A DNA stretch of 64,000 nt from Mobula hypostoma (taxonomy: Eukaryota): positions 227,604,001 through 227,668,000 of the forward strand of contig NC_086097.1 of assembly GCF_963921235.1 (NCBI RefSeq). Reading direction: 5' to 3'. The stretch's first letter is position 1, and each line of letters starts with the position of its first letter. Below the pieces are notes generated by a model, which did not search any database, was not told the origin of the DNA, and saw only the letters and a program-made list of their open reading frames with translations. Position numbers and translations under genes: made by a program. Positions 24,395-37,419 of the stretch are shown here, piece after piece.

Positions 24395-27065
24395 TGTTCT
24401 ACCATAAGCTAGCAAATAATATTAAAGAGTATACCAAAAGTTTCTTCAGATACACAAAGTAGGAAAAAAAGGCAACAGTAGATATTGGACTGCTGGAAAG
24501 CAACGCATTGAGAGGTAGTAATGGGGACAATGAAATAGCAGATGAATTGATTAACTGTATTAACATAGAAACATAGAAACATAGAAAATAGGTGCAGGAG
24601 TAGGCCATTCGCCCCTTCGAGCCTGCACCGCCATTTATTATGATCATGGCTGATCATCCAACTCAGAACCCAGCCCCAGCCTTCCCTCCATACCCCCTGA
24701 CCCCTGTAGCCACAAGGGCCATATCTAACTCCCTCTTAAACATAGCCAATGAACTGGCCTCAGCAGTTTGCTGTGGCAGAGAATTCCACAGATTCACCAC
24801 TCTCTGTGTGAAGAAGTTTTTCCTAATCTCGGTCCTAAAAGGCTTCCCCTCTATCCTCAAACTGTGACCCCTCGTTCTGGACTTCCCCAACATTGGGAAC
24901 AATCTTCCTGCATCTAGCCTGTCCAATCCCTTTAGGATCTTATACGTTTCATCAGTCTTCTCTGGGGAAGACACCAGCAGTATGGTGAAAATTCCAGGTG
25001 TCGGGGGACATGAAGTGTGTGAAGTTACCATAACTAGAGAGGAGGTTCTTGTGAAATTGAAAGGTCTGAAGGTATAATTCACCTGGATCAGATGGTGTAC
25101 ACCTCAGGGTTTTGAAAAAGGCGGTAAGGCGATCGTGGAAGCATTAATAATGATCTTTCAAAAACCACTAGATTCTGGAATGGTTTTGACAATCTAGAAA
25201 ATTGCAAATGTCACTGCACTTTTCAAGAAAGGAGAGAGAGGCAGAAGATAGGAAACTTTCTTCAGCATGTTAGTCTGACCTCAGTGGTTGAGAAGATGTT
25301 GAAGTCGAATATTAAGGATGAGGTCTCAGGGAACTCGGAGGCATGTGATAAAATAGGCCATAGTCAGCATGGTTTCCTCAAGGGAAAATCTTCTCTGAAA
25401 ATCTGCTGGAATTCTTTGAAGAAATAATAGCAACAGGATAGACAAAGGAGAATTGGTTGATGTTGTGTGCTTGGACTTTCAGAAGGTGCCCCACATGAGG
25501 CTGCTTAACAAGCTACAAACCCATGGTATTAAAGAAAAGATTCTAGCATGGATAAAGCAGAGGCTGATTGGCAGGAGGCAAAGATTGGGAATAAAAGGAG
25601 CCTTCTCATACTGGTTGCCAGTGAGTAGTGGTGTTCCACAGTGGTCTGTGTTGGGGGCGATTCTTTTTATGTATATGCCAATGATTTGGATGATGGAATT
25701 GATAGCTTTGTTGCAATGTTTGCAGACAATATAAAGATTGCTGGAGGGGCAGTAGTCTTGAGGAAATAGAAAGGCTACAGAAGGCTTTAGACAGATTAGG
25801 AGAATAGGCAAAGAAATGGCAGATGGACAGTATCAAGAAGTGTATGGTCATGCTCTTTGGTATAAGAAATGAAAGATGGAGAAGAAATACAAAAAACTGA
25901 GATGCATTGGGTCTTGGGAGTCCTCAAGCAGGATTCCCTAAAGGTTAATTAGCAGATCGAGTCTGTGGTGAGGAAGGTAAATGCAATGTTAGTATTTATT
26001 TCAAGAGAACTAGAATATACAAGCAAGGAGATAATGCTAAGGCTTTATAAGACACTAGTCAGGCTGCACTTGGAGTATGATCAACAGTTTTGGGCCCTTA
26101 GTCTTAGAAAGGATGTCGTATCACTGGAGAGTCTAAAGAAGGTTCACGAGGATGATTCTGGGAATGAAAGGGTTAACATGTGAGGAGCGTTTGGCAGCTT
26201 TGGGCCTGTACTCACTGGAATTTAGAAGAATGTGGGGGGGATCTTATTGAAACCTATCGAATGGCGAAAGGACTAGATAGGGTGGACATGGAAAGGATGT
26301 TTCCCATGGTGAGGGGTATCCATAATTAAAGGACACAGTTTCAAAATTGAAGGGTGACCTTTTAGAACAGAGGTGAGGAGGAATTTTTTTTAGCCAGAGA
26401 GTAGTGAATCTGTGGAATGCTCTGCCACAGACTGCGGTGGAGACCAAGTCCATGAGTACGATTTCCTGGCTGGTCGGGGCATCAAAGGATATGGCACGAA
26501 GGCAGGTGTTTAGGGTTGAATGGGTTCCAGGATCAGCCATGATGGAATGGTGGAGCAGACTTGATGGGCTGAATAGCCTAATTCTGCTCCTATTTCTCAT
26601 GGTCTTATGGCCTTATAAAAACACGGATGTAATTTTGAAACTTTTTGAAGCACAGGTGTGGCCTCACTTGAATTATTGTGGGCAGTTTTGGGCCCCTTAT
26701 CTTAGAAAGGATGTACTGAAACTAGAGGGTGCAAAGGAGGTTTATGAAAATGATTCCAGGATTGAATGGCTTGTCATACGAAGTATGTCTGATGGCTCAC
26801 TAGAACTCAGAAGAATGAGGAGTGACCCCATTGAAACCTATTGAATGGCGAAAGGCCTTGATAGAGTGGATGTGGGAGGATGTTTCCTATTGTGGGAGAG
26901 TCGAAGACCAAATAACACAGCCTCAGAATAGATAGACATCCTGTTAGAATGGAGCTGAGAAGGAATTTCTTTAGCCAGAAGGTGATGAATCTGTGGATCT
27001 CTTTGATACAGGCAGCTGTGGAGGTCAAGTCTTTATGTATATTTAAGGCAGAGGTTGGTAGATCG
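24395..27065 (+). mobile_element. Degenerate CR1 LINE plus a second CR1 3' fragment (26613-27065)
   Basis: VVCLDFQKVPHMRLL, SGVPQWSVLG and LYKTLVRLHLEY motifs; two successive C-terminal regions. Confidence 0.85.
24562..24951 (-). mobile_element. Young CR1 3'-end fragment nested in an older CR1
   Basis: (CATAGAAA)n tail; near-identical reverse complement of about 44060-44448. Confidence 0.92.
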
Positions 27066-27539
27066 TAAGGAGTGTCTTAAGGAGAAGCAGAGATAGAAAA
27101 ACTTGAAGGATCTGAATTTTAAATATAAATGTCTTGGTATACCAGCAGAGAGAAGAGGAGTGATGGTGCAGAGTAGCAGAGAGACAGCAGTATGACGGGT
27201 GAGCTAAAGGTTATGGCAAGTTGAGGTTGAAAGGCTAGTCGGGAATGTGCTAGAGGTAAGTGCATGGATAAGGCTTTCACCAGCAGATTGAGTGAAATGG
27301 AAAAATAGATGTTGTGCCATTGAGTTGAATATAGCTGACTTTTGCATTAGAGTGTGTATGGTTTAGAAGGTTAATTTAGGGTCAAGCAGTAATCTGAAGA
27401 AATGATATTGATCTCAAATGTTAATTTCTGTTTTTCACTCCACAGATACTGTCTGAATAATGCGTATTTCCAGTAATATTCTGCTTGTATTTTTGGTTGC
27501 CAAGCTTATTTTGTTTTTGTATTTTGTATATTTTGGATC

Positions 27540-29010
27540 ACAAGAGAGGGAATTTGTTGAATATCCATGAAATAGCTTTTTAGAACAACTTGTGCTTGAG
27601 CCTTCTTGGGGAAAGGACATCTTAGATTGGTGTGTGTAATAACCCAGATCTTATCAGGGAGCTTAATGTAAAGGAACCCTTAGGAGGCAGTGATCATAAT
27701 ATGAATGAATTCATATTACAATTTGAGAGGGAGAAGCATAAGTCATATGCATCAGTATTGCAATGCAATAAAGGGAATTACAGAGGGGTGAGAGAGGAGG
27801 TTTCTCAGGTGGACTGGAGCACAATACTGGCAAGGATGATGGCAGAGCAGAAATAGCTGAAGTTTCTGAAAATAGTTTGCATGGCGTAAGATAGATATGT
27901 CTCATAGAAGAGTTTGTTCTCCAGTGGGAGGGGGAGGCAACCATGGCTGACAAGGGAAATTAAGGACTGCATTAAAGCCAAGGAAAGGGCATATAAGGTA
28001 GCAAAAGCGAGTGGGAAGTTGGATGACATGAAGAGTAAAAGAGGTGAGAGTCGATATTGGACCACTGGAAAATGGTGCTGTTGAGGTAGTAATGGGGGAC
28101 AAAGAAATGGCAGATGAACTTAACGGGTACCTTGTATCTATCTCCTCCGTGGAAGACACTAGCAGTGTGCCAGAGGCCCCTGAGTGTCAGGGAGCAGGAG
28201 TGAGTGCTATTGCTATTACAAAGGAAATGTGCTAGGCAATCTGAAAGATCTTAAGGTGAATAAGTCACCTGGACCAGATGGACTACATCCCAGACTCCTG
28301 AGAGAGGTTGCTGAAGAGATAACAGATGCATTGGTCATGATCTTTCAAGAATCACTTGACTCTGGCATGGACTAGAGAATTGCAAATGTAACTCCACTCT
28401 TTGAAAAGTGAGGAAGGCAAAAGAAAGGAATTTACAGGCCAGTTAGCCTAACCTTGGTGGTTTGGGAAGTGTTAGAGTCTATTATTAAGGATGTGATTTT
28501 GGTGTACTTGAAGACTAACGATAAAATAAGTCAAAGTCAGCATGGCTTCTGTCAAGAAAATCTTACCTGACAAATTTGTTAGAGTCCTTCAAGGAAGTAA
28601 CAAGCAGAATGGACAAAGGAGAGGCAGTGGATGTCATTTACTTGGATTTTCAGAAGGCATTTGATAAGGTGCCACACATGAGGCTGTTTAACAAGACAAG
28701 ATCCTATAGCAATGCAGGAAAGATACTGGCATGGTTAGAGAAATGGCTGGCAGGCAGGAGGCAGCGAGTGGGAATAAAGGGGGCCTTTTCTGGTTGGCTG
28801 CCAGTGACTAGTGGTTTTCCTCGGGGGGGCGGGTGGTATTGGGACTGCTACTTTTCACATTGCTTGTCAATGATTTGGGTGATAGAATTGATGGCTTTGT
28901 GGCAACGTTTGTGGACAATCACAAAGATAGGTGGAGGGGCACGTAGTGCTGAGGAAGCAATGCGATTATAGCAGGATCTAGACAAATTGAAGAATAGGCA
29001 AAAAAAGTGA
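27540..29010 (+). mobile_element. Degenerate CR1 LINE (endonuclease end to RT)
   Basis: EPLGGSDHNM, KSPGPDGLHPRLL, IYLDFQKAFDKVPH. Confidence 0.88.
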
Positions 29011-29203
29011 CTGATGAATGCAGTATAGGGAAAGTAGAGACAGGAATAGAGGTAAAGAATAGAAATTGAAATAGACAAAAATTGTAAGAATGGGCAAAGG
29101 GGATTATTAAATCATAGAAACTAAAAAGAAAATCAGGAAGAAGCATGTGATTGGCAGTAAAATGGAGAACTCAAGGTGTGCAGGAGACCAGTATCTACAA
29201 GTA

Positions 29204-29526
29204 CACTCAGTGGCCACGTTATTAGGTACAGGAGGTATCTAAAGAGGTGGCCACTGAGTGCATGTCTGTATTTCATGGTCTTCTGCTGCTGTAGCCCATC
29301 CACTTCAAGGTTCGACATGCTCTACGCTCAGAGATACTCTTCTACTCAACATTGTTGTAGAGCATGTTTATTTGAGTCACTGTTGCTTTCCTGTCAGCTT
29401 GAACCAGTCTGGCCATTCTCTGACCTCGCTCACTACAAGGCGAGTTGCTGCCATGTGATTGACTGATTATATATTAATATTAATGAGCAGGTGTGCAGGT
29501 GTACCTAATAAAGTGGCCACTAGGTG
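29204..29526 (-). mobile_element. Short Tc1-like MITE
   Basis: Same TIR family as 19661; extra inverted TIR copy ending at 29260. Confidence 0.8.
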
Positions 29527-29954
29527 TGTAGAGTCTGACAGAAATCAAAATACAATGAAATGAAATGAAACTGCGAGAAGGCAGTATCAGTTAAATATGT
29601 ACCAGTGGGAGGAAGAAATATAAGAAGTACCAAAAGCCTGCAGAATTGGTTTTCTCTTTCCTTATCCACAATGAACTTATTAGATTTGCTCATATATGTG
29701 TGATAGACGTAGCTGCATTTGCAGTGAATGGCAGGGCAATGTTTACCTTGACAGTATTCAAAATGATAGCTTGTGAAATTAATTTGTGTCTCGGACATGT
29801 CATTTATTAACTCCTAATATGTATGGATATTGTCAAAAATTGTTCTCATGTTTGTGCTCTGTGTTCACCTGACACAGCCCTTGAATTAAAGTATTATGCC
29901 TATTAGACTGTGACATTGTAAGGATCAAAAATCACAGGATTATGCTGTGAAAGT

Positions 29955-30450
29955 AAATCTGACTCATTTTTAATATCGCTGACATATGCTGTGAAATTTG
30001 TTGTTTTGAGGCAGTATTACAGTGCAATATATTAAAAAGTACTATAAATTACAATGAGAAATACATATATATATAATTAAATTAGATAGGTAGTACAAAA
30101 AGAGAGCAGAAATAGTGAGATAGTGTTCATGGGCTGGTTCATTGTCCATTCGGAAATTTGATGTGGAGGGGAAAAAGCTGTTCCTAAAACATTGAGTTTG
30201 TGTCTTCAAGGTCTTGTACCTCCTCCATGATGGTAGTAATAGAAAAGAGCATGTCCTGGGCGATGGGTATCCTTAATGATGGATGCCGCCTTTATGAAGC
30301 ATCGCCTTTTGAAGGTGTCCTCGATGCTGGGGAGGCCAGTGCCCATGATGGATCTGTGACTTTATCCAATCCTGTGCCACAGCCCCTCCGGAGCAGGCGA
30401 TGATGCAACCAGTTAGAACGCTATCCGCCCTACGTCTGTAGAAATCCACA
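29955..30450 (-). mobile_element. Rex1/Babar 3' fragment
   Basis: DSVLTGCIIAC motif and a tail shared with 33050-33400 and 50365-50725. Confidence 0.75.
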
Positions 30451-30724
30451 TTCTGAATTCCTTCATAAGATAGTATTATAACAAAGAACAATATAGTTTA
30501 TTCTGCAGCTCTAATTTTTATCTTCATTAATAAGACTCCTGTACAATGAAAATGATTGTCTGTAGCAGAGTATAAGGGAGAAAGAAACACTATCTTCCAT
30601 CCTCCCTTATTGATATGTACTGAGACCAAAGTAATGCCTTTGAGTTGTATTTTTTTCCAGTTTTGAATCCACACTACAATAGTGTATGTATACATTATGT
30701 TATATTCTCTGCTCACTTCAGGTT

Positions 30725-31300
30725 ATTTATTTACCATCTTAGGAGCTTAAGGAGAGCAAATCTGCCCCAAAACCTACTGGTAAACTATTAGTGACATGTA
30801 ATTGAGAGCATACTGACCTACAGCATGAGGGTGTGGTACGCTAGCTGCAACAAGATTGACCAGAAAGTACTTTGTTCAGGACTGAACGTTCAGGACTGCA
30901 CAGAACATCACTGGGACACAACTACCAGATATGGAAACCATCTAGAATTCATGATGTCTACAAAGGGCTCGCAAAATCATGATGGGCTCATCCCAGCCCA
31001 GTAATCACCTGATCAATCTCTTACCATCCGGCAGGAGATACAAAAACATCTCTGCTTGGACATCCAGACTGAAAAACAGCTTCCTCCCCAGAGCTGTCGT
31101 GCAGCTGAGCAATGCCCCATTTCAGAGCTGTTTGCTTTTAATTCAGTTGTAACTTAGATGTCACTCTAAATAACTCAGACATTACTTTAAATTTAGTCAT
31201 TGTGTTTTTGGTAATTGAATTGCCAGTGTGTTGCTTTGCACAGAATGGAGTAGCACAGCAATCTCATTGTCCTCAGCAATGACAATAAAGCTCTAACTAA
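30725..31300 (+). mobile_element. Rex1/Babar 3' fragment (different subfamily)
   Basis: YHLRSLRRANLPQNLLVNY..IESILTYSMRVWYASC and LLPSGRRYKN..RLKNSFLPRA; tail GACAATAAAG. Confidence 0.75.
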
Positions 31301-31767
31301 CTGAAAAAAAATCACAATAATTGTGATTACTCAGGCTGGATCAATCTTTTTATGCTGCACTATTGTAAGCAATAAACCTTCAAGCATAACATTGATAATC
31401 TAAACAATTCTCTTCAAAATAGAAGTAATTTTAGATTGGTACCAAGAGACTGCATTGTGAGCCAGTTGGCACTATTAAGTTGACTTCTCTTTACCTAAAA
31501 GAAGCATACAGGAGTTTTGTGGTATGAGCCTACCACACTCAGGGGAAGCTGGATCATGGAATTTGACCTTGTGGAATCAAATCTAAAACCTAAGTGGTGA
31601 AGGATCAAGTATTTTGGGAACAGCGTACTGGCATATGAATAATATCCTTGAGATAATCAGAACCCCCAACCCGCTCACCTGAGTCTGCAAACTGTAATTA
31701 TCTCATCTCTACTTACCGCCTTCACAGTTTCTGCTTGCTGATAGATTATGGGAACTCCAACAGAGAA

Positions 31768-32895
31768 ATAGAACCATAGAACCATAGAAACTACAGCACA
31801 GAAACAGGCCCTTTGGCCCTTCTTGGCTGTGCCGAACTATTTTCTGCCTAGTCCCACTGACCTGCACACGGACCATATCCCTCCATACACCTCCCATCCA
31901 TGTATCTGTCCAATTTATTCTTAAATGTTAAAAAAGAACCCGCATTTACCACCTCGTCTGGCAGCTCATTCCATACTCCCACCACTCTCTGTGTGAAGAA
32001 GCCCCCACTAATGTTCCCTTTAAACTTTTCCCCCCTCACCCTTAACCCATGTCCTCTGGTTTTTTCTCCCCTTGCCTCAGTGGAAAAAGCCTGCTTGCAT
32101 TCACTCTATCTATACCCATCATAATTTTATATACCTCTATCAAATCTCCCCTCATTCTTCTACGCTCCAGGGAATAAAGTCCTAACCTATTCAACCTTTC
32201 TCTGTAACTGTGTTTCTCAAGTCCCAGCAACATCCTTGTAAACCTTCTCTGCACTCTTTCAACCTTATTTATATCCTTCCTGTAATTTGGTGACCAAAAC
32301 TGAACACAATACTCCAGATTCGGCCTCACCAATGCCTTATACAACCTCACCATAACATTCCAGCTCTTATACTCAATACTTTGATTAATAAAGGCCAATG
32401 TACCAAAAGCTCTCTTTACGACCCTATCTCCCTGTGACGCCACTTTTAGGGAATTTTGTATCTGTGTTCCCAGATCCCTCTGTTCCACTGCACTCCTCAG
32501 TGCCTTACCATTAACCCTGTATGTTCTACGTTGGTTTGTCCTTCCAACGTGCAATACCTCACACTTGTCAGTATTAAACTCCATCTGCCATTTTTCAGCC
32601 CATTTTTCCAGATGGTCCAAGTCCGTCTGCAGGCTCTGAAAACCTTCCTCACTGTCTACTACACCTCCAATCTTTGTATCATCAGCAAACTTGCTGATTC
32701 AATTTACCACATTATCATCCAGATCATTGATATAGATGACAAATAACAATGGACCCAGCACTGATCCCTGTGGCACACCACTAGTCACAGGCCTCCACTC
32801 AGAGAAGCAATTCTCTACCACCACTCTCTGGCTTCTTCCATTGAGCCAATGTCTAATCCAACTTACCACCTCTCCATGTATACCTAGCGACTGAA
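31768..32895 (-). mobile_element. Young 5'-truncated CR1 LINE
   Basis: WAEKWQMEFNTDKC..LYKALVRPNLEYCVQFWSP; (CATAGAAC)n tail; near-identical to 47015-47594 and 56303-56571. Confidence 0.93.
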
Positions 32896-32899
32896 TTGA

Positions 32900-32992
32900 A
32901 ATCTGCTAGCACTCCTGCGTTGACCTCACTTTGCAGCAGTAGTACAATACAATACATGATAATAGAGAGAAAAAAGATATACACACACTCAC

Positions 32993-33041
<49 letters not shown>

Positions 33042-33610
33042 ATAGTTAAATAAGTAGTGCAAAAATAGGGAATTATAAAAGAATTAAGGTAGTGGTCATG
33101 GGTTCAGTGTCTATTCAGAAATTGGATGGCAGAGGGGAAGAAGCTGTTCCTGAATTGCTGAGTGTCTTCCTCCTGGCTTTTATATTTCCTTCCTGAAGGT
33201 AACAGTGAGAAGAGGGCATGTCCTGGGTGTGGAGGTCCTTAATAATGGACGCTGCCTTCCTGAGGCACCGCTCCTTGAAGATGACCTGGACACTATGGAG
33301 GCTAGTACCCATGATGGAGCTGCTAATTTTACAATTCTCTACAGCTTACCTCAGTCTTGTGCAGTAGCCCCCACACACTAAGCGGAGATGCAGAGTTAGA
33401 GTGCTTTCCACAGTACATCTGTAAAAATTTGCGGGAGCTTTCAGTGACATATCAAATCTCCTCAAATTACTAATAAAATATAGCGGGCATCTTGCCTTCT
33501 TTACAGCTGCATCGATATGTTGGGTCTAGGTTAGACCCTCAGAGTTATTGGCACCCAGGAACTTGAAATAGCTCACTCTCTCCACTTCTGATCCCTCTAT
33601 GAGGACGTTC
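32900..33610 (-). mobile_element. Rex1/Babar 3' fragment
   Basis: ERCLRKAASIIKD motif and Rex1-type tail. Confidence 0.75.
33001..33038. repeat. (AT)19 microsatellite
   Basis: Perfect dinucleotide run. Confidence 0.97.
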
Positions 33611-34503
33611 TGGCCACAAAATCAAGTGTGTTATGCCTATCACTACAAATGCCATTGGGGATACCATATTGAAAGAAGTCAGTCTCTGGTCAGCTGGTAT
33701 TGAGTAGTACATAAAACAATTGTTCAACAGGGAACACCTATAATATTTTTCTGATTTGTTTTTGTAATGCCCCTCATCTCTCCTTATTGTTGACTTCCAT
33801 GTAGCCTTGGTTAACACTTATGGCATCCTATTTCCTTTCTGTAGCTCCTGTTCAATTCATTGCTGTCTCAGTGGCTTGTATTGAGCTCTGGGTTCCAAAG
33901 ACTGATCTTTTCTTTGCAGAGATAACCGATAGCCCACCCACGTCATAATCCCTCCCAATCAGTTTTCAGTATTGCCTTTAACATCAGGAACTTACTGTAG
34001 TTCATGCAAAAACAATTTTATCTCCCAATTAAACACACCATCTAAACCCTACAATTCTAAACATTACTGATAAGTCAAAACTCTTGCAGTGAAATAGTGA
34101 TAATCTAATAATAATCATCATTCCCAAGTTCAGCCAAATTGTAGCATGATTCCTTTGGTGATTGGCTCAAAGTTTTTCATTTGTATTAATAAGAGATATC
34201 ATAATGCATTCAGAATAAAAGGCTATACACCCCAGTATTAGCCTTCTTTACCCTGACTCTCTCAGAAAATGAGGAGGCCTGAGGCTCTTGTTCCTAATTA
34301 CCACCTGTCTCTCTTGGTTATTAAATTGCTTGATTCAGCTCTTAATCCTTTACTACAGAGACCAAAAAAAATGATGCAGGGTCCTATATTTCCATGTGAT
34401 TTTGTACCTATCCATTTATAGATGATCCATTTACGTCTGCGAAAACCCTATTAGAGCATCTTTGAAGTAGCATCAATTTCAACATATAAATCTCCTGTAA
34501 CAG

Positions 34504-34747
34504 TGTTTGGTACAGTCCTGAATTATGGCTCGATAAGCAACCATGCAATTTCAAATCTTCAGGAGAAAAAGATATTAAACTCACTGAAGATCTATCCATC
34601 TGTCCAGGGAGGAATTACTTCATTTTGACAAGCTGTGGTGAGGTGGAAACTCACTTCAGAAGAATTTTTCAGAATCTCGCAACTTCACCATTGATTAGAT
34701 ATATAATACTTGATGAAGATTCGCAGAATATGACATATATCTCACAA
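34504..34747 (+). CDS. Coding exon of an unidentified host gene (VWYSPELWLDKQPCNF...DEDSQNMTYISQ)
   Basis: Acceptor ctcctgtaacag, donor CAA|gtgagc, 244 nt = 1 nt + 81 open codons, with in-frame stops just outside both ends; non-repetitive. Confidence 0.7.
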
Positions 34748-35038
34748 GTGAGCTGGGCCAGTAACTCATGAGCAATGAAGTCATGAGTGAATTACGATTA
34801 GAACTATAGGAAGATAAATCATAACCTATCACTTTTTATATTGCATTGTACAAAAAAATATTTACAGTAATGAGTGAACCAATAACCAGTTCAGTACTGG
34901 ATCGGGACCAGCTTTAGTTTTGTTATTTTGAAAGGTATGGAATTACTGGCAATATAAAGCAAAATAATAGTTATTTAATTGCATGGATAATTACTAAGTT
35001 GTTAATAGAACTATTTAGCTGTTCTTCACTTTCAACAG

Positions 35039-35103
35039 GCTAATTATACAATTGTCCCTAATGGGTCTCACCTGAACCCTAATCGGAGGATGCCTCACGA
35101 ATG
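35039..35103 (+). CDS. Coding exon of an unidentified host gene (ANYTIVPNGSHLNPNRRMPHE-W)
   Basis: Strong acceptor gttcttcactttcaacag and donor TG|gtgagt. The only open frame is phase 0, matching the previous exon. Confidence 0.75.
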
Positions 35104-35216
35104 GTGAGTCTAAAATCCTATTTCATTATTTTCAGCGTACTTGCCTTACAATTTTATAAAAAGATGTGGTACTTATAGAATGGGATTTCATAAGCAACAC
35201 TTAACACAGTGAAATA

Positions 35217-35799
35217 CATTCAGTGGCCTCTTTATTAGATACACCAGTACACCTGCTCATTGGTAAAAATATCTAATCAGCCAATCAATATGGCAGCAAC
35301 ACAATGCATGAAAGCATGCAGACATGTTCAAGTCGTTTAGTTGTTGTTTGGAACAAACATCAAAATGGGGAGGAAATGTGATCTGAGTGACTTTGACAGT
35401 GGAATGACAGTTGGGGCCAGACAGGATGGTTTGAATATTTCAGAAACTGATTACCTTCTGAGATTTTCACCCAAACCATTCTCTAGACTTTACAGAGAAT
35501 GGTGCAAAAAAAAACAAAAACAAAAAACAAATCCAGTGAGTAGCAGTTCTGTGGGCAAAAACACCTTGTTAATGAGAGAGGTCAGAGGAGGATGGCCAGA
35601 CTGATTCAAGCTGACAGGAAGGCTACTGTAACTCAATGTAACTTGTACATTACAACAGTGGCGTGCAGAAGAGCATCTCTGAATGCACAACACAGTGAAC
35701 CTTGAAGTTGATGGGCTACAGCAGCAGAAGACCAGGAACATATTCTCAGTGGCTCTTTATGATCTACAGGAAGTATATTAATATAGTGGCCACTGAGTG
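35217..35799 (+). mobile_element. Non-autonomous Tc1-like element
   Basis: Same TIRs as the other copies; MGRKCDLSDFDSGMTVGARQDGLNISET remnant; extra TIR copy near 35743. Confidence 0.87.
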
Positions 35800-35804
35800 T
35801 GTGT

Positions 35805-36460
35805 AATCAAAATCAGATTTATTATCATTGGCAGTATATGTCATGAAATTTGCTGCTTTGCAGCAACTGGACATAAAAATCTCTATAAGCTACAATCATC
35901 ATCATCATGTGCCATGTTGTATGACATAGGTGATTGTGGTCTCATGACCATGATTGTTCTTGTCATATTTTTTGTGCAGAATTGGTTTTCCATTGCCTTC
36001 TTCTGGGCAGTGTCTTTACAAGACGGGTAACCCCAGCCATTATTAATGCTCTTCAGGGATTGTCTGCCTGGCATCAGTGGTGACATAACCAGGACTAGTG
36101 ATATGCACCAGCTGCTCATTTGACCATCCACCACCCGCTCCCGTGGCTTCACATGACCCTGATCAGGTGGCTAAGCAGGTGCCATACCTTACCCAAGGGT
36201 GACCTGCAGGCTAGCAGAGGGAAGGGGGCGACTTTCTCTTCCTATGGTGGAGACATATCTCCATCCCACCACCCAATAAGCTACGATAAGAAATATATAA
36301 ATATTTATAAATAAAGATGCAAAAAGAGCACAAAAGTGAGGTAGTGTTCATAGGTTCACGGACTATTTAGAAATCTGATGGGAGGGGAAGAAGCTGTTCC
36401 TAAAATGTTGACTATGCATCTCCAGGCTCCTGTTCCACCTCCCTGATGGCAGTAATGAGA
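35805..36460 (-). mobile_element. Rex1/Babar 3' tail hosting an RTE-type insertion
   Basis: Matches 29955-30250 once 35897-36275 is removed. Confidence 0.7.
35897..36275 (-). mobile_element. Short non-autonomous RTE/BovB-type element
   Basis: Minus strand has GAAGAAGGCAATGGAAAACCA and a (GAT)n tail; TSD ATAAGCTAC at 35885-35893 and 36276-36284. Confidence 0.75.
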
Positions 36461-37419
36461 ATGTAATTGAAAGCACGTGTAATGGCAAAAGTCGCTAGAC
36501 TGCAATCCAAACATGGTTAAAAGCAAATACCCCTCTTTTTCTGAATAGTTGTAGGGATGACCTTTCTGCTTGGAACTTTGATAGCATTAATGAATCCTAT
36601 TCAGAAATGTTTCTGCATAAGCCATTGTCTTTCTCCTGGTCGTACTTTATTAGCATTCTAGTAGCTTCAAAGGCTCAGGTCAATGCCACCAATGGAAAGT
36701 TGAACTCCCAAGAATAGCTTAGGTTAAGGATTACTGTAATCTTTTACTTACACCTAAGAATTATTAATTGCATAACTACATATTTTGTGATAGGGTTATT
36801 TGATTTTAATTACATTATATAGATTTGATTTGATTTGTTTTGTTATCGTAGATTCCATTCACAGCACCATCTGGTGCAAGGAAAGCTGATGTTTCATTTA
36901 ATGGGTTAACATGTTATTGTCACTTGTTAGTAAATGATACTCAACTGGATGGAAATGAGACCGAGCTTTCCCAGCACAACTGCATACAATTCTGTATAGG
37001 AACTCAGAAATCTTTTGGATATTTACTTAGCCATATAGTCAGCTTCACCTGATCACTAAAATCAGCTGATTTTCATCTTTCATCTTCCTACTGGTTACTG
37101 AGGATTGTCTTATATTCAGACAGTTTTATTTTCCATTTGATGCATAATCATTCAATATCTTGGAAATATTTTATTTCAGGGTATTTAATATACTGTATGA
37201 AGTTACACTTGATAGAAGAAAATTATTACTAATATAGCCAATAACTTCTATTGCTAACAAATTCCCTAGAACTAGATTCAACATATCTGGAATAAGTTAT
37301 GTAAGTTGTCATACTGAATATTCCAACAACCATGGGAAATTTAATTTTTCTGCCTGACCAAAGTTTCAAATTATTATGGACAATTATTATATAGAGAGAA
37401 TACTCCTGTAATTCAAACA

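Noticed and set aside
30721..30780. Apparent + strand exon (ttcag|...|gtaaac)
   Set aside because: It translates as a Rex1 C-terminal motif and is part of a LINE fragment.
31670..31745. Minus-strand microexon candidates with gtaagt and gtgagc donors
   Set aside because: At 6-21 nt they are too short to support without transcript data, and no partner exons were found.
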